Positions 51,601 through 63,039 of a DNA stretch of 64,000 nt are shown here, piece after piece. Under the pieces are notes generated by a model. The model was not told the DNA's origin. It did no database searches and saw only the letters and a list, made by a program, of their open reading frames with translations. A program made the position numbers and the translations under genes. Every line of letters begins with the position of its first letter. Within the stretch, counting starts at the first letter, position 1. The DNA comes from Dicyema japonicum (Eukaryota > Animalia > Dicyemida): assembly GCA_011109175.1 (NCBI GenBank), contig RDEW01000003.1, forward strand, positions 1,037,071 to 1,101,070, written 5' to 3'.

Positions 51601-52619
51601 AGACATTCTCCCCTGGGTTCTACTTTGAATTAATTAGTTGTGACTGTTTTTTTTGCTACAAAAATAGTAACCCTGGTTATTAAAAAAATCCGGGAGCATT
51701 GCCGTTTAAAAAATACAATAGAACGCTTTCGATGTCTTCGAATAATTGCCTCAGATTAGTTCGCATGACTGTCTTACTTCTTAAATATAGTGGAGTTCTG
51801 CTTATGCTAGGGGAATAATGGAAACATTACTACTCCTTGGCGGCAGGGCTGTTGTTATTCTCGCAAAAAACATCATGTTCCCTATGAGTGCTCTAAAATT
51901 TTCCAATAAGCGTTGTTTCTTAATGACCTTCGTCTGGACAGCACTGACATTATTTTGATTTCAATTCTACAATATTTTATAATTCCAATTCACATTTGAC
52001 TTGTAATATTTATTTATCTATATTGGGGGTCATAATTGTAGCATTTTTTCTAGTCCCCCGAATGAATGTAATCATTAAAATCTAATTCATCTTACTTTTT
52101 AGTTTTAGCACGCTAGTCCTTTCCACGTGCCATACAACTCAAAGGTAAGATTGCTAGTACCAAATTGAGATACCTTAGTTGACGGAATATTGGATTTCAA
52201 GAAAAAAACGATCGAAACCGACACATCTGGAACCTCAAAAGTCATTAAGTCTAACGAAACTACTTCTTAGTTCATCAGGGATCCTTAACCTTCTCAGTCA
52301 CCTCAAAAAGGCATTAAATCTGTCACCTCAAAAAGGCATTAGAACTATTTCTTAGGGATTTGTTACCTTCTCAGCCTTTCCGCAAATTAACCTCTAAATT
52401 AGCTGGTCTGGTGCCTCCAATGACGCTTGAATTCATAAGACTGCAGTAATAGAAGCGAGTCAAATTCACTTTGAACTAAAAATACAGAGAAGACTTCCTC
52501 ATTGAATTCTAATATTATTCATCTGAGTCTTTCCACAAAGGAAATTTTCCACATTATCTTATCAATTCTTAACAAAAATGGTTGTGAACTAATATTTTTA
52601 AATTTTTCGTTTTTCTAGA

Positions 52620-52780
52620 ATGGCTTCATGTGATCCACTTGCTTCAGGTGAGGCACAGTGCTAGAGGGAGCGAAAGATAAGTATTTGCTCTTCCACTACA
52701 TTGGATCATTCTTTTAAGGTATGGAAGGATCGGATCTATAAATACGATACTGTTGATCTCTAAATAAGAAACTTTAGGGT
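52620..52780 (-). repeat. Dispersed repeat family D copy
   Basis: atgtgatccacttgcttcaggtgaggcacagtgctagag...tttgctcttccact. Confidence 0.5.
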
Positions 52781-52879
52781 CACCAAAATATTTTCTCTTA
52801 CATACACTAATAGTAATGATCCTGAACCTTCTAGATCCTTTAAATTTTGTATTTAAATAAGAAACCCACCACCAATAAT

Positions 52880-53120
52880 AATAGCCTTTTCACGAGAGCC
52901 ATAATATTTATAGCTCCGCACAGGCAGGACACACTTTATTTAAGTAAAGAACAGTTAATTTTAACTAATCGTAGAACCAAGGAATGATCTTCACTTATTT
53001 TTTTCTTTATGTTAGGGTCTGAGTTCTCTTCCCTCATCGATTAATTATGATAACTTTTTTACTTAAAAATAAAGTGTGTCCTTTTGGGTGGAGCTTTAGC
53101 TAATATGGCTCTCCGTAAAG
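52880..53120. mobile_element. Two family G 3' ends in inverted orientation (52880-53000 minus, 53040-53120 plus)
   Basis: ggcaggacacactttatttaagta versus tacttaaaaataaagtgtgtcct. Confidence 0.7.
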
Positions 53121-53124
53121 TGCA

Positions 53125-53260
53125 GTATTAACCATTGATCTTCGTCGACATAATTGGTGCTGCATTATCCCGCATGATAGCGACAGAGATCAGTTGGGAG
53201 AACTACTGGTTTTCAAGACGTCTCATCTCCTAAGTGTAGTGAGACGTCACATTTTTGAGA
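53125..53260 (-). mobile_element. CRE-clade 3' end
   Basis: QLISVAIMRDNAAPIMST. Confidence 0.65.
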
Positions 53261-53479
53261 AAAAAACAAGGAGTTAACTCTTATACTTCCAATTTTCTCA
53301 ACAATTGCGCGGAATATGAACTTGGAAAATGAGGTAGTTGAGAGAGTGGCCGGGATCACTTAATGGGCGCGTTTTATCTTCCTTAATTTGTGGAGATTCT
53401 TGTTCTTTAAAAAATAAAATAAATAAACATTAGGAGATACCCCAAATGGTGGGGAGAAGTTGATGCCTCTTTTCGTTCC

Positions 53480-54050
53480 TTTCCGGAATGAGTGACACCT
53501 TTTCGGGTGAGCCACAAGACACCAGGTTAAGAGTTAGTTAAATGCACTCCCGCGTTACCCATAAGTATGTGAATACATGGGGGTTACGTTTGTGCCATGC
53601 TCTTCACTATCGGTCTACCAGTTTTCTCATGTAACTTTCCTCGTCTCCGTAGTTCATTGAGAATCCATGCATAAGGTCTCCTATTTAGTGTTCGGAGAGA
53701 GTCCTATGACGTTGAAGGTTCCGATTGTAAACGGGGTAGAATAGAAAGACTGAGAGTACGTTAAAGACATGGACATTATTAGAGAGGTGTTAACCCCCAA
53801 CCAACAAACTTTTTTGCATGGAGTGTAAACTGGTGAAATGAACCCCCTGCGAAAACAATTCGCATGTATCACCTGGAAATGTTACAGGGAGACAAATGGA
53901 AGAAACTTGGGATCCTCTGTTCCTGCGGTAAAGATATTTCCACGTCGGACGCTTAAAAATGTTGGAAGAAACGACCGGTCGGTTAAACGCTTGAAACCAC
54001 GTCTCCTGTTTTATAGCCTTGTGTGGACCAAACTGGATTCGAAATGTTAA
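53480..54050 (-). mobile_element. LINE 5' region with start of AP-endonuclease
   Basis: FTIGTFNVIGLSPNTK; homologous to 24620-25020; a short piece also at 28660-28705. Confidence 0.65.
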
Positions 54051-55649
54051 CAACATTGAAGAGGTACTCCTTCGATTATCCCCTTAAGGAGTCACAAGAA
54101 GATCTTTTTACGTCCTTCGAAATGCATCAATGACTTTTGAAAGATTAATCTTTGCCTCTTCGGTCTCAGGGGATAGACCGAAAACTAATCAAGGGAGACA
54201 TACGGGCTTCAATAAGGGTAATGCCTCGACGACACGGTTATTGAAGATCCGTCGTTATATTTGAACCCAGTGCGAGCTAACATCCTACAGAACTTGTAGA
54301 CCACATAAACTCTATTCTGCTAGAAGGTCTCTTCGATACATTCTTCCCACAAAATACTGTTGTTTATGTAATTTAGTTTTTTTTCGGAGCAGCAAAGGGA
54401 GAATAGATGAGCTCAAGCCAAAGCTCCTCAAAGAGATGATTTCTAAGATCATTTCGAGGTTGGCCGAAATCTAATTTTAACGGTGAAAGTCGACATAATT
54501 AACGTTTTCAATTTCCTAATAAGAGACTGTTGCTCGAGATTTATCTCCGAAGAGCTCTTAATTCTTGTTAGCTGACAATATAATGACATTTTTGAAAAAT
54601 AATGAAATTAAAAAAAAGGGAAAATAATTTAAATATTTTTTATCGCAAAAAATGTAGGTTAAATATGACACCTGTCAGATTACAAATGACAGGAATGGTA
54701 ACCGGTCCTACATGTAACCAGTCCAGCACGTGACATAATATCTGAATGGAACTAGGTCAGCGACTAAAGTGGACGTTTGTCTCGAATATCGTCCCGAGGC
54801 GAAACGTTATTACGGATTTTATTGTTCACTTACAGAAACTAGGTCATTAAGCATTTCACATAAGTTCTTCAGCAGAATTCTATCACAGCCCAAAATCTTT
54901 AAACAAAACATAAGACGAGTAAACGACGTTGACCAACATCCGTAAGAAATAGGAAGAGCCAGTGTTAGCACAAATAGTGCCTGGCGTACATTCCAGTAGC
55001 CCAATCGGTCATGCTACTTACCAGACTTCAACCTAGTTCAATATCTCATTTTGATCGGTAAACCCTAAAAGTGTTCTGCTAAAATTAAGTAAATTAACAA
55101 AAGTTACAAATAACTAAATTAAAAAAACACTCAGAATAGAAAAAGTTAAGTTTTAAACTTTCTGGTAGAGAATCGTTTGACTTTCATAGTAAGTATCCGT
55201 GCCGCGTTCTTGAATTTTACGGTGAAGGAACGACTTTTAGTTTTTTTATTGATAAGTTGATCCTTTATTTGTTTCTTAAGAACGTGATCTCTTAACCTGA
55301 AAATAAATCATGCAAATTTACTTGGAATAAATTTCTTCTGTTGTTGTTGAACCTTCTGGTAATCTTCCATTAGAAAAAGTCATTTATTCGTCTGTATTTT
55401 TAGAAATATTAAATTTACTTTGAGACACACCAAACAAATATTTGAAAATAATATTATATAATTTAAATAATTATTGAAATTAATATTTAAATATTAATTC
55501 ATTAAAATTGAAAATTTAGTCTTTTGTTAGTGATTTTTTTAATTTGCATTTCATTTAAAACTTATATATGGTTCTGTTGTGGTAGTAATAATACTAAATC
55601 ATAGAATGACAATATTTTATTTTTTAAATAATATTATTTTAAAAAGTTA

Positions 55650-55955
55650 TTTCAGATGCTTGGATGCAAGGTCCTCGTTATTTCTATAGTAATGACGTGG
55701 GAAGGAATTGCAACAAAGTACCACAAGGGTTATCTGAAGCAGTTGGGGGTAGATAGGAAGCTCCAGGCCTATCTACAGTCCACTGTGTTAAAGCGGACCC
55801 TAGAGAGCTTGACACTGGAGTATAGGAGACAGAGCCCTGAGATGCCATATGGGCAGAGGGTTCAATTGAAAAAGGCGCTCTCGGAGTTGTTTCAGCAACC
55901 AGAATCGAACCTGCCTGAGGAGGCTGGCGAACAGGCAGGCGAGGAAGGTTGTTGA
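55650..55955 (+). mobile_element. R4/Dong-type REL retrotransposon 3' end
   Basis: CKVLVISIVMTWEGIATKYHKGYLKQLGVDRKLQAYLQSTVLKRTLESLTLEYRR, recognised from memory as the post-REL C-terminus; intact frame, more GC-rich than flanks. Confidence 0.7.
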
Positions 55956-56129
55956 TTATTAAATTAACTTTTTTATTGTTTGTTAAATAAAGTGGGATAT
56001 TTTAAAAAGTTATTTTAAATATTAGCTCTCTTCCCATAGTTAATAAATAATATTTTATTGTTAAAAATAAAGTTATTTAATCCAAAAAATATTCAGTAAT
56101 TCTGAAGAACAACGAACAAGGAATTTAAA

Positions 56130-57380
56130 AAAATACTTTAAATGAACAACACACATTTTTAAATTTTATTAAAATGATGCTCATTCTCAACATTAGGTAA
56201 GAGTTCAAGAGGATTCACTATTCTTTCCCCGGGGACAATGTCGTTACCTGTAGACAAGTTCTGGAACGCTGGAACGAGTCAGGATCAAGGAGTTAGTCAG
56301 TTTGGTTACCTTTGGTCTTTGAATAATTTAAGTTCCTTCTGTATTGCAGTTAATCTAAGTGCAATATCTTTCTCGTCTGTAGCTCTTATGTTGTCGATTC
56401 TTGTTCACTATTTTCTGAACCTTTTAAGAATTTTCATTGTTTCATCTTTAACTTTTAAAAGATCGAAAATGTATGTTCTTCCGATTCCTGAACGTTAATA
56501 TCAATTTCGTGATTTTTGTTGTTAGAGTTATTAAAAACTCTAAAACAATTCCTAATTGTCTCGTCGGATCCGTCTTTCCAAGTCATTTTACAAACTTCCT
56601 TTAAAGTCAATTTTTTGCAAAAATTGTATACGAAAAATTAAAGTACCTTGCGTCTAGTAAAACGAGTGGTAAAATTTTTAGGTACTTTTTTTAATTATAC
56701 TGCACTTACGAAGAACCATATCAGCTATCGCTCTTCCCAGCTGGACACGCGCTTTATTTTTTAAGCAAAGAACAATTACGCTAAGTAATCGTAGAGAGGG
56801 AACCAAGGAATGCTCTTTACTTCAATTTTTCTCTTTGTTGAATGTGAGTCCTTTATAGACGATCGGTACCGCAGTGATATGTTCACTGATGACGGCGTCA
56901 CTCGTCAAACCAAAGCATCGTAGATGCGTGGAACATTCAGCTGGATGTAACAGCAGTGAGATTCGAACTATGGGCATCAAGCCTTTTGCCTTTCACTCAT
57001 ACTTATTTAGTGAATCTTTAAAGTCTTTAAATTGTAATCTTTAAAGTTTTATTCTCTTTGAGCTCTAGTCAATTGTTGAGCAAGATGATTTTTCGACTCC
57101 CAATAGAATCATCAGAGAAACTGTGTGCCTGTCCGGGATTAGCTCTATAGCTAATATGTTCTTCACAAAAAGACACTCAGTAGCATGTAAACTAAGGCGA
57201 TGCATGCCAACATTGGTGTATATTGAATTTATAAAGATGGCAGAAGACAAGAGATTCAAAATTATATTTCGGTGACGATTTATGTGAAAATTAGGAAAAT
57301 GCCTGGAGTCAAGATTTTTGTCATTCATTTTCTATTACAAAATGGGAAAACAACATATTTCTCCACACATATACGGCTAT
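56130..57380 (-). mobile_element. pogo/Tigger-like transposase remnant interrupted by a family G copy
   Basis: KKLTLKEVCKMTWKDGSDETIRNCFR and SRKIILLNN resemble DDE_1 motifs (AW..VS..TI.NCF; RKILLLLDN). No TIR found. Confidence 0.5.
56715..57035 (-). mobile_element. SINE-like family G, near full length
   Basis: Head with B-box-like GTTCGAATC (minus 56960-56968), hairpin-rich body, AATAAA-containing tail. Confidence 0.8.
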
Positions 57381-57680
57381 TTAAAAAATCGCTCCACCCA
57401 GGCAAGACCAGACGCTTTATTTTTTAAACAAAGAACAATTACGCCAATTAATCGTAGAGGGGGAACCAAGGAATGGTCTTCACTTTTTTTGTTGAGTTGA
57501 GTCCTTTGTAGACGATCCGGTTCCGCAGTGAGATGTTCACTGATGACGGCGTCACTCGTCAAACCAAAGCATCGTAGATGCGTGGAATGTACAGCAGTGA
57601 GATTAGAACTATGGGCATCAAGCCTTTTGCTTTCACTCATACTTATTTAGTGAATCTTTAAAGTCTTTAAATTGTAAATG
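57380..57680 (-). mobile_element. SINE-like family G, near full length
   Basis: Very similar to 56715-57035, including the flank tagtgaatctttaaagtctttaaattgtaa. Confidence 0.8.
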
Positions 57681-57704
57681 ACTCAAAAATCGATTATTAA
57701 AAAA

Positions 57705-57810
57705 TTAAGCCTAACCTTAATCCTAAACCTTAATCCTAAACCAAACCTTAACCATAATCCTTAACCATAACCCTAAACCTTAATTCTAAAACTTAACCCT
57801 AATCCTAGGG
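57705..57810. repeat. Degenerate telomere-like hexamer tract (CCTAAC/CCTTAA/CCTAAA/CCATAA)
   Basis: About 16 imperfect 6-mers related to CCCTAA. Confidence 0.75.
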
Positions 57811-57989
57811 GGCCGATCCTTCGACATTTTTAATTTTGATTTTTTAATCTTAATTGATTTATTGACTCAAATTAAAATTTTTCATTTTGTGAAGAAAATC
57901 GGCACTGTCGGGTTGGTAAAACTCTAAGGTGATTTCAAGTGATAAATTTTACTTATCACCGGGCAGTATCAACAGCCGAACGCTATGTG

Positions 57990-58560
57990 ACATACTACAA
58001 TAACTAATATTAGAATACCACCCTCACGTGAACCACACGCTTAGTCAATGAGGTCTTTCATGGATTCAAATATTGAGTCCAATCGTCCGCGATTTCGACT
58101 CCCTTTTCAGTGTTTTGTATCATTAGTTGGACTACTAGCAGAGTTAACCTTGGCCTTCCACCAAAGCTTCTCTCTCGACAAACATAATAACCTTCCGTGG
58201 GTAGATCTGCTGGGAATTATTATTGCAAGAACGTTCACGAAAGTTATAATATTAAAACCACGTGTGGAGCAAAAGACATAATTTTGGATGTCAATCTCTT
58301 TCACGCTCGCCGATTGTTAGATAGAGATCTCAATGAGTCTAGGTCATCTGCGGATTTCAACTTTTTTCAGTTTTCAAGTCATTTCCTACGATTTATTTAT
58401 TACCCCCAGGCTTACTATTTTTGGTAAACTCACCACAAATACATTAGACGTTAAGAGGAAGTGTCCGTCGCATCTACCTTTTGGGTTTTACAGACATATT
58501 TTCAAGAGTCATCAACCAGGAAAATTAGAGTAAACTACACTTGACTAGTCAAAATAATAA
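57990..58560 (-). mobile_element. RTE-like LINE 3' fragments
   Basis: LKSADDLDSLRSLSNNRRA(W)KRL and GGRPRLTL. Confidence 0.55.
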
Positions 58561-58689
58561 GTTGCATGAGTTATGGTTGTTTTACGCCTAATCACGTATA
58601 CCACGTGTGATACCACAAACAACCACACTTGATAATTATAATTAATTTATTAACTCGAGACACACCAAGAAAGAAGTTTATAGTTACCA

Positions 58690-58990
58690 AATAATTGAAT
58701 GCATCCAGTTTCCACGGTCACAGAAGCAGAGTCTTTCCAATGTCACACAAGTCCATCCAGAACCAACGAAATAGAAAGAAAACGACCAGTCCTTACAGTT
58801 TTAGGAACCCCCAGTCGAGTAGGGGAAAGAAGATAATCCTTTTTTGTGCCATCCAAAAAGGTAGATGACATGACCCTACTCTATCTCCACAAAGGGAAGG
58901 TTTCCTCTTGTATCTTGGGTCGGCTTCCAGATATAGTCTGACTTCTGGTCCGAGGGGACCACAATAACATTGGCACACATTTAATAATAA
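58690..58990 (+). repeat. Dispersed repeat family D copy with (TAA)n tail, just upstream of TRPM
   Basis: Homology to 3680-3910 and 800-966; tail 58981-58996. Confidence 0.55.
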
Positions 58991-59061
58991 TAATAATTAT
59001 AAAATTAATATACTTATTATAATTAATATTAAAATAATATATTTAAAAATTAATAATGTAA

Positions 59062-62000
59062 ATGAGCTTTGACCTAAAAATAAATGTAATAAATATAATA
59101 ATAAAAGAATCCGAACTGGATAGAGCGTACATTTAAGAAAAAGATTTGTTCGTACTATATAAAGGATAAATCAGCAGAGAACAAGTATCGAATGTAATAA
59201 ATGAAAGATGTCAATGTGGGCGTTTCTATTCTGATCATGAAATTAATGTTGAATTGTCTGATTTTGAATGGAAATCAAGCACTCATACATCACTTGACGT
59301 CACTGATGCGTATGGTTCTTTGGAATTTTATGGTGTTGTGAGACAAACAAAGGCTAAAGTTTAACGAAATTTAATCTTAGTACATCCGACTTGCAAATAC
59401 AACAAAGGTAGAGAAGGTTATGGAATTATTGACGGATAATTGGGGTCTGCATTTCCCAAAATTGGTTATTTCTGTTTATGGTGGAATGAGAAATTTTGAT
59501 TTGAATAATAAAATTAAAAAAATAGTAAAAAAGGGGTTGATTGAATCAGCAAAAACTACAAATGCCTGGATTATTACGAGTGGCATAAATGCGGGTATTG
59601 AAGCAATCAGTAAAGATAGGAGCAATAAAAGATATTGGAGAGTCATTGACTGACTGTTCTAGACGAGAGCGATCAAAGTTTGCATTAATCGGAATATCCC
59701 CTGGGGATTAATATCAGATCGTCACAAACTTGAAAAAACCAAGGTTTGTATTAATATGAGTAAAGAATGTCGTTCATTATGATGCCCGAACAATTCACAG
59801 AGATGGTTCTGTGAGTTTGAATAATGGACATTCTCATTTTTTGCTTGTTGACGATGGAAGTGTGAGTCAGTATGGGACGGAAGTCGAATTTAGAAGAAAA
59901 TTAGAGAGACACATAAGCAATGTAAAAATACGATTTAATGGTAAATTTATTATAAAAATGTAGAATCAAATTTGAGATGTTTTAATATTCCCTTAATTTG
60001 CATAATAGTTGAGGGAGGACGAAGTATGATTGACATTTTAAAGAAATATTTAAATGAATGTCCGCCAATAGCCGTGGTCGTTGTGAATGGTTCTGGGAGA
60101 GCAGCTAATCTTATATCACGTGTTGTTAGAGAGATTAGTGGAGAATGGTCTAATAATGTTAATAAAGTAGTAAAATGGGTACAAATGAATATAATTATAT
60201 AATTTCAATGATTAACACAACATTTGCTTGTAGTGTGAATGAGGCGCATTTATTGGCTAACGATCTCATTTATTGTCTAAATTACAGAGAATATGTAAAT
60301 ATGTTAGTGATAAAGATAACAATATTTGACGACGAGGAAAGTTCATTTGATAAAGCAATCATAACTTCATTGCTGAAAAAAACAAATAATGTGGATATTC
60401 TTAGTATGTTAGTCGCATGGAGAAGGGCTGATATTGCGAGATGTCAATTTTCCTATTTGAAATACAGCATATCAGTAACAAATAATAATTATAGGATCTA
60501 CAATTGTATTAACAGAAGCATTATTGAATGATGACAGTGAATATGTTCAATTATTACTTGAAAATAATGTCTCTTTGCACAGATATCTCACATATTACCA
60601 ACTAGAACAATTATACCGTTCAGTACTATTATCATTATTATTAGAAAATTAAAACACAAAATATACTGCAATTTATGTTAAGTGAAGTAAAGGTACAAAT
60701 AATATTTTATTTATTTTTTTAAATTTATTTATTTTTTATTTAAATTATTTATATTAGACAATGAAAATAGAAAAGATAACATTGGTTGAAGTTGGTCTAA
60801 TTATTGAATATTTAATGGGCGGGTTATATAAAAGTAATTATTCCCAATGTAATAAAATGGTGTAATATAACATAATTAAAGTTTAATGAAATTGAGTATC
60901 CCTTCAATGCACTCAACATCTGGGCTGTTCTCACTAATAGAATAAATTTAGCTAAATTTATGTGTCGTTACGGAGAACAAGCAATTGCTAAGGTAATGGC
61001 ATAAATAATGTAGGCGATTGTCTCCTATAAATTGTACAAATTTATGGCAAAAATTGTCATCCAAAATGGACTCGATCTTGACATTGCTGAATTATTTCAA
61101 ACACATTCAATGTTAGTCAATTTTATGACATTAGTGAATTTCACAAATTGTCATACAATTTATTGAATTATTGCTACAAAGAAGATGATGAAATAACACT
61201 AAGACTACTCACTTATGAAATGAAAGAATGGAGTAATCACAACTGCCTCAGTCTTGCTGTTTCATCAAATCATCGAGAATTTATCGCCCATGGATGCTCA
61301 CAAATGCTTATTACTGAAATGTGGATTGGGGGATTGAAGACTAATAAATATATTACACTTAAAGTAATCATAGGAATATTACTTCCAATTTTAATAATAT
61401 TTATGGAATTCAAAACCAGAAAGGAAATACAATCTATGCCACAAACGGAGGACGAACACTTAACTAATATCGAATTGCCCACAGAAACAACATTAAATAT
61501 TAAGAATAAATATTATGAATTTTACACAGCACCGTTGACTAAATTTTGGATGTATGCGGTAATATTTATAATGACAAAGATAATATATTTGATATTCACT
61601 CCTGTTTATAGTTACATGTGTGTTGTCAAACTCCCAAATTATGTATCAATTCATGAATGGATTATTCTCTCCTATATTATTGGAATCACTTTGGAGATTA
61701 TGTGGGAGGTTTATTTCATAATCATTTAGATCCACCTTTCTTATGCCTACAAACTGATTTTCAAGCTTAAAATATATTTTATGGATTTTTGGAATATTTG
61801 TCAATTAATTATCATTATTCTCTTTTTTATTGGATTTGGATGTCGTTTAGGTCAACTCAATAATATTGGCCATCTGTTTTACTGTATTGGTGCTGTGTTC
61901 TATTACATCAAATTACTGGATATATTTAGCGTCGATAAAAATTTAGGGCCTTACATTATGATGATTGGAATTATGCTTAGGGATTTGATTACATACATCG

Positions 62001-62823
62001 TCATTGTGGCTATTGTGTTATTAAGCTTTGGAGTTGCACGATATGGCATTTTACATCCAAATAGTCATCCATCGATGCTCATCATCCGAGATATTCTATT
62101 TCAGCCATATTTCATGCTGTATGGGGAACTTTTTGCTGATCAAATTGATCGTTACTATTTTACTCATTTTAGCTAATTGTGGTGATGCTTGTGTTGCTGG
62201 GCGGTGGTTGTCCCCATTCATTATGTCACTCTATTTGATTGTCGCTAACATTCTTCTCATTAATTCACTCATTGCTGTTTTTAAGTATTTTTATTTTCAT
62301 TTTAGTAATACTTTTGCACGTGTCTACAAATTATCAAACAAAGTTGGAAATTCAAACGTTATTTGCTAACCATTGAATATGAACAAAAATCAACATTTCC
62401 TCCCCCATTTAACATGCTTTCGTTAACGAGGACGATTATATACAAATATTTTAATAACTCGTCTAAGAACAGATTGGACAGTGGACTAAGTTATTTCATT
62501 TTTAATTTTTAGAATTATTTCTAACGCCTGATGAAATTGAAAAAATACAAGATTTCGAGGAAGAATGTGTCGATGATTATTACAGAGCCGAGGATAGAAA
62601 GAAGAAGAAATCAGTCGAACAGAGAATAAGAAAAATCAAAAAAAGGTATTTCATTTATTAACAAAGACTTCGGTATATTGAAGATTTTAAATTCAAACAA
62701 AATTTACCACGTCAAAAAAAAATTACAGAAAATTCATTTCAGAGGCAAATTGTAAATAAAAATATTATTGCAGTACCAAGTAGTCCACGATCGAATAATC
62801 AAAAAATCACGGAAGCTGATTGA
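59062..62823 (+). CDS. TRPM: TRPM cation channel (TRPM1/3-like, no kinase or NUDT9 domain), many 20-30 nt introns
   Basis: [10 protein letters not shown]; CQCGR; [10 protein letters not shown]; AWIITSG; [14 protein letters not shown]; [12 protein letters not shown]; [19 protein letters not shown]; LGPYIMMIG; QPYFMLYGE; [12 protein letters not shown]; TRP box WKFKRY (one base missing at 62344-62345). Confidence 0.95.
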
Positions 62824-63039
62824 GACTGTAATCGTCGATATCCTCATTAATATTTTTAACCAAGTAAATATCTCTTTTTTATATTTATCGACTTATAAAC
62901 TCTTGTCGGTATTTTTTGTCACAGTTGTGATGAATTTTTGATGATTCTCAACGTCCAGTCACTTTCCTGCATTTACGCGGTACCTTTCACTTTCGAAAAA
63001 TTGCGGGAGTGAAGTCCATGAGCGGTCATTTAGTAGACA

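Noticed and set aside
55150-55385. ~70-aa basic two-exon ORF on the minus strand
   Set aside because: A frame can be built with one short intron, but there is no homology or other support.
57530-57580. Canonical hammerhead ribozyme in family G
   Set aside because: CUGAUGA is present but the GAAA core and a stem III/NUH junction are not; kept only as a weak lead.
57377-57640. 87-aa ORF as a protein
   Set aside because: Lies wholly in a family G copy; other copies have indels that break the frame.
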